From Thiomargarita sp. (GTDB taxonomy: Bacteria; Pseudomonadota; Gammaproteobacteria; Beggiatoales; Beggiatoaceae), in NCBI GenBank assembly GCA_020721025.1, contig DYNO01000003.1, positions 1 through 37,345 on the forward strand: a DNA stretch of 37,345 bases, given 5' to 3'. This document shows, in pieces, positions 19,581 through 28,065 of the stretch. The notes under the pieces were generated by a model. The model did no database searches. It was not told the DNA's origin and saw only the letters and a program-made list of their open reading frames with translations. Positions within the stretch are counted from its first letter, which is position 1, and the number at the start of each line of letters is the position of its first letter. The position numbers and the translations under genes are program-made.

Positions 19581-19706
19581 ATGTTACTGGCACACAAAGT
19601 AGAATTGCGACCCAAGCCCGATCAGCTTGATTATTTTGAGAAAGCCTGCGGTCACTATCGACATTGTTGGAATCATACGTTGGCATGGTTTAGTCAACTA
19701 ATCTGA
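19581..19706 (+). mobile_element. tnpB: remnant of an IS200/IS605-family tnpB (N-terminal 41 codons only)
   Basis: The translation MLLAHKVELRPKPDQLDYFEKACGHYRHCWNHTLAWFSQLI* fits the TnpB/OrfB N-terminal pattern K-x-x-L-x-P-x-x-x-Q-x-x-x-F-x-K-x-x-G-x-x-R-x-x-x-N-x-x-L. No RuvC or zinc-finger part follows. Confidence 0.55.
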
Positions 19707-19986
19707 ACAACTACGCTGCTTAAATTGTTTTTTTTGCTGTCAGTCCCGACAAGCTTCAGCGGGACTCTAATCGCCCGTCATAGTGACCGTAAGACTTGAG
19801 TAATCAAGCAGTTGCGAAAATAGTTTGATACGACGGGAATATCACTGATAACCATTCTCATTGTTAATGATTGTCAATGGTTTAGAAGCTGCTGAACTCA
19901 ATAAATATTTTAGCCATCACAGCCTACCAAGTTTGTTTACATTACAAATATGATAGGCTACATAATCAATAAGCGTTCAGTCTCAC

Positions 19987-22900
19987 CTACTTCCGCCGTA
20001 AATCCAACGTGTAAGGATAATCGGTATTCACTTCTTCAATTGGGGGCTGCATGGGCCCAACCGGATGTCCTTGTGGATGAAAACCTGATAAACCCGTGAA
20101 CCAATCTGGTGGTTGAATCCAGCCCGGCGTGTGTCCCATGTCGAAGAATCGAGAAATCCGGCGTGATTCTGCGGCATTGGCATTCACTGGGAAATCATCG
20201 TAACTCCGCCCGCCCGGATGCGCCACATGATAAGTACATCCGCCAATTGCTCGCCCATTCCACGTATCAATCATGTCAAAAACCAATGGCACATGCACCG
20301 GAATTGTCGGATGTAATGCCGAAGCCGGTTGCCACGCCCGATAACGCACGCCCGCGACATATTCGCCTTGTACGCCCGTTGCTTGCAGAGGAACGCGCCG
20401 CCCGTTACACGTCACCACGTAGCGAGAATCTGTCAGCCCGGTGATGTGAATTTGTACCCGCTCAACGGAAGAGTCCACATAACGCGCCGTGCCACCCGCC
20501 CCCGCTTCTTCACCCAACACATGCCAAGGTTCTATCGCCATGTTTAAATTCAACACCATATCCCGCATTTGCACCTTGCCATAATGAGGAAAACGGAATT
20601 CAAAAAATGGATCAAGCCATTCCAATTGAAACGGATAACCTTCGTGCTGCAATTCCTCGACAATTTCCTTCATGTCTTGGCGCACAAAATAGGGCAACAT
20701 AAAGCGGTCGTGTAATTCCGTCCCCCAACGCACCAAACGATGTGAATACGGTTTTTTCCAAAAACGCATCACTAAGGCACGAATTAACAGCATCTGCATC
20801 AAGCTCATCCGCGCATGGGGAGGCATTTCAAATGCCCGCATTTCTACCAATCCCAACCGTCCGCTACTGCTGTCGGGGGAATACAGTTTGTCGATACAAA
20901 ATTCCGCGCGATGGGTATTTCCAGTTAAATCAACCAGTAAGTGACGCAACAGTCGATCAACTAACCAAGGTTCGGTCACTTCTCCGGTCGGCATTTGTTT
21001 GAACGCAATTTCCAATTCATACAAACTTTCGTTGCGCGCCTCATCAACTCGCGGGGCTTGACTGGTGGGACCAATGAACATTCCTGAAAATAAATACGAC
21101 AAACTGGGGTGGTGCTGCCAATAGGTGATTAAACTTTTCAGCACGTCCGGACGACGTAGCATCGGACTGTCTGCCGGAGTTGCCCCGCCCAAAGTAACGT
21201 GATTGCCGCCGCCCGTGCCAGTATGTCTGCCATCAAGCATAAATTTTTCAGTGCTTAACCGAGATAAATAGGCTTCTTCATACAAGGTGTTGGTATTTTT
21301 AACCAGTTCATCCCAACTGTTTGCCGGATGCACATTGACTTCAATCACGCCGGGATCAGGAGTGATCTTGAAATTTTGAATGCGTGGATCGTTCGGCGGA
21401 TCGTAACCTTCTAACATCACTGGCATTTTTAACGCTTTCGCGGTCGATTCGATGCTGGCAATTAAATCTAAATAATGTTCCAAATGTGTCAAGGGCGGAA
21501 GGAAAACATGCAGAAAACCTTCACGCGATTCGACACATAGTGCGGTATGAATGATTTGTTGCGTTACGGCTTTTTTGCCATTTTTTGGCAACGGTTGCTG
21601 ATGCGTTCCCGGATGCTCGGCGGGTGATTGTTGATAATACGCATAGCGTTTTGCCACTTCCCCATGAAAATCTTGTAGCGGCAGATGTTCTTCAAATAAA
21701 CTGTGTTCTTCTTGAAATTCAGTCTCTTGCTCGGCATTCCAAGGCAGTGAATCAAGTGGCAACCGCAAACCAATCGGAGAATCGCCGGGAATTAAATACA
21801 TCGCCCCACGCCGAAATTCCCATATATTACTGCGCCAATGAGTGCTCGGGTTGGGAGGCTGATAATTCCATGCTAAAGGGAGCGCGTAACCGACGGGATG
21901 ATTTACGCCTTCACTGAGCAATCGCAACAACCGTTTTCGTTCTAAATCTTTTTTCAAATCAGCCGTTTTGATATCGACATTGGCGGGAATCGTGCCTTCT
22001 TTCCACAAATAATACACAGTATCTTCATACGCCGGCGCAACGTTGTCATAATGCACGCCCAACCGTTTGCACAGATGGTTCATGAAATGCTCGGCATCTG
22101 CCACCGTGTAATTGTACTTCTGTAGATCATTGGCAAGCCATTGATCATCCTGCCAAATCGGTTGTTGATCCTTACGCCAAAAGCACGCCAACGCCCAGCG
22201 CGGAAGTTCTTCACCGGGATACCATTTTCCCTGTGCATAATGTAAAACACTGCCGGGGGCAAAACGGGCGCGCAAGCGTTTCAATAAGTTACCCGCCAAT
22301 TTACGCTTATTTTTACCCAATGCCGCAGTATTCCACTCCGCACTTTCCATATCATCGACAGACACAAAAGTGGGTTCGCCACCCATTGTCAAGCGCACAT
22401 CGTGTTCCACCAATTCCGCATCAATCTTGTGTCCGAGGGCTTCAATTGCCGTCCACTGCTCTTCGCTATAGGGTTTAGTGACGCGCGGGTCTTCGTGAAG
22501 ACGTTTGATTTCATTATGAAAATAAAATGTGACTTCGCATTTATCGGTCGCGCCGGTGATGGGAGAAGCACTGCCCGGATCAGGAGTACATGCCAGTGGA
22601 ATGTGTCCTTCCCCTGCGAATAATCCGGAAGTGGGATCCAGTCCCACCCAACCTGCGCCGGGTAAAAATACTTCTGTCCACGCGTGTAAGTCGGTGAAAT
22701 CATTGCTCGGACCGGAGGGACCATCGAGAGATTTCACATCGGTGGTTAATTGCACCAAGTAACCAGAGACAAATCGGGCGGCAAGTCCCAAATGTCGTAA
22801 AATTTGCACCAACAACCACGCGCTGTCACGACATGATCCCGTGTGTTTTGTCAGCGTTTCTTCACACGTTTGCACGCCCGGTTCTAAGCGAATGGTGTAG

Positions 22901-23370
22901 CTGATATCTTTTTGTAATCGTTGATTTAGTTCAACCAAGAAATCGACAATGCGCAGTTTTTTACGATCTACTTTTTCAAGCCACTGCATTAATTTGGGAC
23001 CCAATTCCTTGATTTCTAAATAGGGCACCAATTCTTTCGCCAATTTTTCTTCATACGGAAACGGGAAAGATTCCGCATAATCTTCAACAAAGAAATCAAA
23101 GGGATTGATCACCACCATTTCGGCAACAAGATCAACTTCGACGCTGAATTCCTTGACTTTTTCCAGAAACACGATGCGCGCCAAATAATTACCAAAAGGG
23201 TCTTGTTGCCAGTTGATAAAGTGATTTTCTGGCTTGATATTCAATGAGTAAGATAAAATCGGGGTACGACAATGCGCTGCGGGACGTAACCGAATGACAT
23301 GCGGCGACATCGACACGAGACGGTCGTAAGTGTAGCGGGTGTAATGATTGAGTGCGACATGAATAGCCAT
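19987..23370 (-). CDS. transglutaminase-family protein with DUF2126-type C-terminal region (Bact_transglu_N + transglutaminase core + DUF2126)
   Basis: N-terminus MAIHVALNHYTRYTYDR (Bact_transglu_N). Cys-His-Asp core (TGSCRDSAW, DLHAWTEV, GLDPTSG). Long conserved C-terminal region. Start moved to the ATG at 23370, which is preceded by AGGTAG; the ORF-track start is 23388. Confidence 0.85.
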   Translation of the reverse strand: MAIHVALNHYTRYTYDRLVSMSPHVIRLRPAAHCRTPILSYSLNIKPENHFINWQQDPFGNYLARIVFLEKVKEFSVEVDLVAEMVVINPFDFFVEDYAESFPFPYEEKLAKELVPYLEIKELGPKLMQWLEKVDRKKLRIVDFLVELNQRLQKDISYTIRLEPGVQTCEETLTKHTGSCRDSAWLLVQILRHLGLAARFVSGYLVQLTTDVKSLDGPSGPSNDFTDLHAWTEVFLPGAGWVGLDPTSGLFAGEGHIPLACTPDPGSASPITGATDKCEVTFYFHNEIKRLHEDPRVTKPYSEEQWTAIEALGHKIDAELVEHDVRLTMGGEPTFVSVDDMESAEWNTAALGKNKRKLAGNLLKRLRARFAPGSVLHYAQGKWYPGEELPRWALACFWRKDQQPIWQDDQWLANDLQKYNYTVADAEHFMNHLCKRLGVHYDNVAPAYEDTVYYLWKEGTIPANVDIKTADLKKDLERKRLLRLLSEGVNHPVGYALPLAWNYQPPNPSTHWRSNIWEFRRGAMYLIPGDSPIGLRLPLDSLPWNAEQETEFQEEHSLFEEHLPLQDFHGEVAKRYAYYQQSPAEHPGTHQQPLPKNGKKAVTQQIIHTALCVESREGFLHVFLPPLTHLEHYLDLIASIESTAKALKMPVMLEGYDPPNDPRIQNFKITPDPGVIEVNVHPANSWDELVKNTNTLYEEAYLSRLSTEKFMLDGRHTGTGGGNHVTLGGATPADSPMLRRPDVLKSLITYWQHHPSLSYLFSGMFIGPTSQAPRVDEARNESLYELEIAFKQMPTGEVTEPWLVDRLLRHLLVDLTGNTHRAEFCIDKLYSPDSSSGRLGLVEMRAFEMPPHARMSLMQMLLIRALVMRFWKKPYSHRLVRWGTELHDRFMLPYFVRQDMKEIVEELQHEGYPFQLEWLDPFFEFRFPHYGKVQMRDMVLNLNMAIEPWHVLGEEAGAGGTARYVDSSVERVQIHITGLTDSRYVVTCNGRRVPLQATGVQGEYVAGVRYRAWQPASALHPTIPVHVPLVFDMIDTWNGRAIGGCTYHVAHPGGRSYDDFPVNANAAESRRISRFFDMGHTPGWIQPPDWFTGLSGFHPQGHPVGPMQPPIEEVNTDYPYTLDLRRK

Positions 23371-23506
23371 TATTCTACCTGTTGGCAATAGGGCGTGAAG
23401 AAAGTTATAAAGCTAATTATTTGAGTATATTAAAATATTTTAACCAATTTAACAGTTGAGAGACAAGAAGCAAAAACTATCGCGTGAATTATCTTAGTGG
23501 TTGAAC

Positions 23507-24115
23507 TCATCTTTTTTTAAAGAGCAGTGGATTAACTAACGGTTTCATGCGCTTAACTTCCTCCAAGTTATGTTTTAATAATTCATGCTGCCACAGTTCA
23601 TCGTCATCATTGATACAGGCTTGGGCAAGTGATTCTCCTATCTTTTCAAAACTTTGTCCGAAATTTTGTCTAAGTTGCTCGGGTTCTGACCACACCCCTA
23701 AAACAAAGACACGCTTCCTAAGTTCTTCCAATTTATTTTCCAATTTTAATTCTTCCTCCGATTTTAATTCTTCCCCCAATTTTAATTTTTCCTTCAATTT
23801 CATCTTCAACTGACGAAATGTATATTCTCTGCGATTGTGATCACCCGTTTTTTCATCGAAATCAATCAACAGCAGAACCATCCGATGAGGAAATTTATCA
23901 AACATCTTCGGAACTTGATCTCCAATGAATTTTCCATCGACTGTTTTTTTCCATCCATCTTTTGGAGGCTTCCCGGCACGTTTTCGTAACACTTCAATTT
24001 GACGTGAATCAGGCATCCGCCCCTTTATTTCAAGCAGAAACGCATGAGCGAGTTGTCGATTTGCATCATCTTCAGCTAATATAATAAGATGCGGTTTTTC
24101 CGGATCCATACTCAT
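23507..24115 (-). CDS. 202-aa protein of unknown function with Toprim-like E...DxD pattern and a central hexad-repeat coiled coil; candidate effector of a two-gene defence cassette
   Basis: Beta-strand-like LIILAE15DD near the N-terminus and LLLID85FD87E after about 70 residues, a Toprim-like acidic pattern. Residues about 104-135 are a K/E/L-rich repeat. The ATG overlaps the stop of the upstream ATPase gene (ATGA, 24112-24115). Confidence 0.7.
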   Translation of the reverse strand: MSMDPEKPHLIILAEDDANRQLAHAFLLEIKGRMPDSRQIEVLRKRAGKPPKDGWKKTVDGKFIGDQVPKMFDKFPHRMVLLLIDFDEKTGDHNRREYTFRQLKMKLKEKLKLGEELKSEEELKLENKLEELRKRVFVLGVWSEPEQLRQNFGQSFEKIGESLAQACINDDDELWQHELLKHNLEEVKRMKPLVNPLLFKKR

Positions 24116-25251
24116 AATTTAATATCCCCGCAAATTAACGAATCTATTAAATTACCCGTAACTTGAATTTCATTAAGTCGTTTGATTGAGGGAGGCTCAA
24201 GATGGCTTTTTCGATCCAACACGAAAGTATTTTCATCAAAAAAACGACTGATGGTTTCTTCATGATGAGAAGTGATTAGAATTTGCCCCTTGCTCTTAAA
24301 TGAACTTTGCAATTCACCGATGAAATAACCTACTTCTGACAGTGATACATAATTATCTGGTTCATCCCAAAAACAAAATAATGGCTGATTATAATCATTT
24401 GATGCCAATACGACTGCACAGAGGAAAAAGCATTTTTCTCCATCTGATAATTGATTGAAATCAAACTTAAAGCGAACTGACGTACCACTTATACTTTGAA
24501 AACGCACTACAATATTTCTATTTTTTTTGCCGATGATTTCATTTTCAAACTCATAAATATCTGGCAGAACATTCTTTAAGTAATTGGATATTCTATTGTA
24601 TGCCGCAGGATAGCGACTCAATAAACCAGATAACCAATCACCAAAATTTGCTACATTTCGCATCGGTTGCAAAGTTTCTTCACTGGATTCACCAGACATC
24701 AATTGAGGAATTGGGGCTAAAATGAGCATATTAGACAGCCACGTTTTGAAAACTCTCGATGGATCATCATGGGATTCTTGAATGATTGAAAGTGCAATTA
24801 AATGCCAATCTAACATGAATTTAGATTGTTCTGGTCTTGATTCAATCGAAATTTCACTACTTTGGCGAGAGTAAAATATTTGTTCATTAACTCTAAGATT
24901 TTCTTCTAACACTACAAGTTCGCCATCTGATAGTGCCAAAGCCAATTCATATTTATAAAGTTGTTGATCAAGCAATACTTCAACTTCAAAACGCATAGGA
25001 ATTTGGGTTTGGACACGGGAACGAACGTGTTTTGGAATATGAGCAAGACCAAATGTAAAATCGTGTGGTTCAATCAGGTTGCTAACTCGATTCACCCCGC
25101 GCCCAATATTTTGAAAAATTTCTAAAGCTGCACCGATGGTAGATTTTCCCGATCCATTTTTTCCAATCAATAGGGCGGAGGAAATGTCTTTGAGTTTCAA
25201 TTCAAAATTTTCCAAACATCTGAAGTTATGAACATAGAGTCGTTGCAACAT
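24112..25251 (-). CDS. ABC/SMC-like ATPase (AAA_21/AAA_15-type), candidate sensor/motor of a two-gene defence cassette
   Basis: N-terminus MLQRLYVHNFRCLENF. Walker A GKNGSGKST. ABC signature-like LSDGEK. Walker B LFCFWDEPDNY. H-loop ITSHH. Start set at the ATG at 25251 because of a perfect AAGGAG RBS 7 nt upstream; the ORF-track start 25392 adds 47 non-conserved residues. Confidence 0.85.
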   Translation of the reverse strand: MLQRLYVHNFRCLENFELKLKDISSALLIGKNGSGKSTIGAALEIFQNIGRGVNRVSNLIEPHDFTFGLAHIPKHVRSRVQTQIPMRFEVEVLLDQQLYKYELALALSDGELVVLEENLRVNEQIFYSRQSSEISIESRPEQSKFMLDWHLIALSIIQESHDDPSRVFKTWLSNMLILAPIPQLMSGESSEETLQPMRNVANFGDWLSGLLSRYPAAYNRISNYLKNVLPDIYEFENEIIGKKNRNIVVRFQSISGTSVRFKFDFNQLSDGEKCFFLCAVVLASNDYNQPLFCFWDEPDNYVSLSEVGYFIGELQSSFKSKGQILITSHHEETISRFFDENTFVLDRKSHLEPPSIKRLNEIQVTGNLIDSLICGDIKL

Positions 25252-25541
25252 GAGATACTCCTTATTGTATGAGAAGTTGAACGTGATGTAACCAAAATGA
25301 CTTATTTCATCTTGATTTTTTGCTGAAGGAATTTGACAATGATACACTAAAATGACGTGAAATTGGATTTTATGACTCTCTTTCGACATCACGCAATTTT
25401 TCGATGATTTAGAACGGTCAGTTGGAAACCTACATGGCAGTGGCGGCTATATTTTTTGAAACATCGCCCTGACTAATTTTTATTGAATTACCATAACTTC
25501 AAGTTTTCATACTAAAAATTGCGCATCCTACAAATTGCCGC

Positions 25542-25570
25542 TTGCTTATGATCCGAAGATACGTTAGAAT
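25542..25570 (+). promoter_or_regulatory. sigma70-type promoter of the tRNA-Thr pair
   Basis: TTGCTT (25542-25547), a 17-nt spacer, TAGAAT (25565-25570), then a GC-rich discriminator GCGCAG. It lies 21 nt upstream of the first tRNA. Confidence 0.55.
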
Positions 25571-25590
25571 GCGCAGATTATTCACCTCGC

Positions 25591-25667
<77 letters not shown>

Positions 25668-25693
25668 TCGCACCGTGACAGCAGATCAAAATT

Positions 25694-25769
<76 letters not shown>

Positions 25770-25819
25770 CTCATCCTAGTCACACTGATTTAAAACGCGT
25801 TCCCTAATTCAACGTCCTC

Positions 25820-26695
25820 ATGTCACACTCGCATTCACACGCCGTTGAAAATATTAAACTTGCATTCTTTCTCAACCTCGCTTTCACCATCCTAGAAATT
25901 TTTGGCGGACTGTTCACCAACAGCATGGCAATTCTCGCCGACGCACTCCACGATTTTGGCGACAGTATCGCGCTGGGTCTATCTTGGTATTTTGCCCATC
26001 TCAGCGAACGTGGACGCGATCAACAGTTTTCTTATGGTTACAAACGCTTTTCCTTGCTTGGCGCGCTGATCACCAGTATTTTGCTTATTATCGGTTCCAT
26101 TATTATTTTATTCAATGCGATACCGCGCTTACTTCACCCAGAAAGTGTTCACGTCAGCGGCATGATCGCGTTCGCTATTTTGGGCGTAATTGTTAATGGA
26201 ATCGCAGTGTTACGGTTGCATAAGGGCAAAACCCAAAACGAGCGGATGGTCACGTTACATTTGCTAGAAGACGTGTTGGGCTGGATTGTGGTACTGATCG
26301 CCAGTATTGTCATGTTATTTGCTGATCTGCCGTGGCTCGATCCGCTGCTATCTATCGGAATTACCGGCTATATTTTATGGAACGTATTGAAAAACTTGCG
26401 GGAAACCCTTCACATTTTTCTCCAAGCCACACCACAACATGTAGATTCTACCACGCTGGAATCTTTATTGTTGCAACAACTGCCCATTGCAGCGATTCAC
26501 GATTGGCATGTGTGGACATTGGACGGAGAATATCATGTGTTATCCTTGCATGTTGTGGTTGCAGACCAAATGCTTGCAATGGATATTATTGAATTGAAAC
26601 AGAAGATTCGAGAAATTTTGAAACAACACGCCATTGATCATGCCACCATAGAAATTGAATTTCAGCAAGAACAATGTGAGCTGGCGCATCATTGA
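25820..26695 (+). CDS. cation diffusion facilitator family transporter (CzcD/ZitB-like)
   Basis: His-rich N-terminus MSHSHSH. CDF signature region LAFTILEIFGGLFTNSMAILADALHDFGDS. Six TM pattern plus a cytoplasmic C-terminal domain. Confidence 0.9.
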   Translation: MSHSHSHAVENIKLAFFLNLAFTILEIFGGLFTNSMAILADALHDFGDSIALGLSWYFAHLSERGRDQQFSYGYKRFSLLGALITSILLIIGSIIILFNAIPRLLHPESVHVSGMIAFAILGVIVNGIAVLRLHKGKTQNERMVTLHLLEDVLGWIVVLIASIVMLFADLPWLDPLLSIGITGYILWNVLKNLRETLHIFLQATPQHVDSTTLESLLLQQLPIAAIHDWHVWTLDGEYHVLSLHVVVADQMLAMDIIELKQKIREILKQHAIDHATIEIEFQQEQCELAHH

Positions 26696-26832
26696 ATATT
26701 ATCTAAACCGTCATTTGTCTGATTTTTCTCTCAGTCCGATTCATCAGTGAAAGTTTAGATAATTTGTTCCTAAAATAGATTTTCCATCTCTTGGCAAGTT
26801 CTACCCTATTTTTTCAATAAAGGCAAAAAAAT

Positions 26833-28017
26833 ATGTCTTCAAACAAACAGATATGTTCCACTCGACAAAATTTTCTGGTTTTTGGTTCACCACAAATTCA
26901 ACAAGCAGAAATTGACGAAGTGGTTGCCACGCTCAATTCAGGGTGGTTGGGGACGGGACCCAAAGTTGCTCAATTTGAACAAGATTTTGCGCGCTATAAA
27001 GCAGTGACGGCGGATCAGGTGGCAGCGGTCAATTCCTGTACCGCCGCTCTGCATGTGAGTATGATTGCCGCCAATTTGCAACCCGGTGACGAAGTGATTA
27101 CCACGCCATTAACATTTTGCGCCACCGTGAACGCCATTATTCATGCGGGACTGACTCCAAAACTTGCCGATATTGACCCGTTGACGCTGAATATTGACCC
27201 CAAGGTATTAAAACAAGCTATTTCGCCGCGCACCCGTGCCATCGTTCCGGTGCATTTTGCTGGTCGTCCGTGTGAAATGAATGACCTCATGGCAGTGGCG
27301 CAACAGTATGATTTACAAATCATTGAAGACTGCGCTCACGCGATAGAAAGTGAATATCAGGGGCAGAAAACCGGCACGTTTGGCAATTTTGGTTGTTTTA
27401 GTTTTTATGTCACCAAGAATGTCGTAACGGGGGAAGGGGGCATGGTGATCGCCAAAAATGAGGAAGATTGCGGACGAGTGAAAATATTGGCATTACATGG
27501 CATGAGCAAGGATGCGTGGCATCGCTTCGGAGATTCTGGATTTAAGCACTATCAAGTGGTCGAATGTGGCTTTAAATACAATATGATGGATGTACAAGCG
27601 GCGATAGGGATTCATCAATTAGCGCGAGTTGAAACCAATTGGCAACGGCGGCAGGAAATTTGGCAACACTATCAGAGTGAACTCGCTGATTTACCGATTG
27701 TTTTACCGCAACCACCGGCACCGAATATGCGTCATGGTTATCATCTTTATACGATATTGATTGATGAAAAACAGACCGGAATCAGCCGGGATCAGTTTTT
27801 AGATGCGATGACAGCCAACAAGATCGGCGTAGGTGTGCATTATTTAAGCATTCCTGAGCATCCATTTTATCAACAAAGCTTCGGTTGGCGACCCGAAGAT
27901 TTTCCCCATGCGATGCGTATTGGCAGACAAACGGTCAGCTTACCATTGTCGGCAAAACTGACTGAAACGGACGTTGCTCAAGTAATTGACGCAGTACGCC
28001 GCATTTTATCAAGTTAG
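26833..28017 (+). CDS. DegT/DnrJ/EryC1/StrS-family PLP-dependent sugar aminotransferase (PglE/ArnB-like)
   Basis: Family pattern by eye: GPKVAQFEQDFARY, NSCTAALH, IEDCAHA, FSFYVTKNVVTGEGG (PLP lysine context), YNMMDVQAAIG. Confidence 0.9.
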   Translation: MSSNKQICSTRQNFLVFGSPQIQQAEIDEVVATLNSGWLGTGPKVAQFEQDFARYKAVTADQVAAVNSCTAALHVSMIAANLQPGDEVITTPLTFCATVNAIIHAGLTPKLADIDPLTLNIDPKVLKQAISPRTRAIVPVHFAGRPCEMNDLMAVAQQYDLQIIEDCAHAIESEYQGQKTGTFGNFGCFSFYVTKNVVTGEGGMVIAKNEEDCGRVKILALHGMSKDAWHRFGDSGFKHYQVVECGFKYNMMDVQAAIGIHQLARVETNWQRRQEIWQHYQSELADLPIVLPQPPAPNMRHGYHLYTILIDEKQTGISRDQFLDAMTANKIGVGVHYLSIPEHPFYQQSFGWRPEDFPHAMRIGRQTVSLPLSAKLTETDVAQVIDAVRRILSS

Positions 28018-28065
28018 GGCGCGAAATTGGGTGATGAAATTGATGCTCAGGCTGAACTTGATTGG

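Noticed and set aside
25252-25392. A 47-codon N-terminal extension of the ATPase ORF (MMSKESHKIQF...).
   Set aside because: A perfect AAGGAG RBS precedes the internal ATG at 25251. The protein family normally begins right at the M-x-x-x-L-x-x-x-N-F-R motif.
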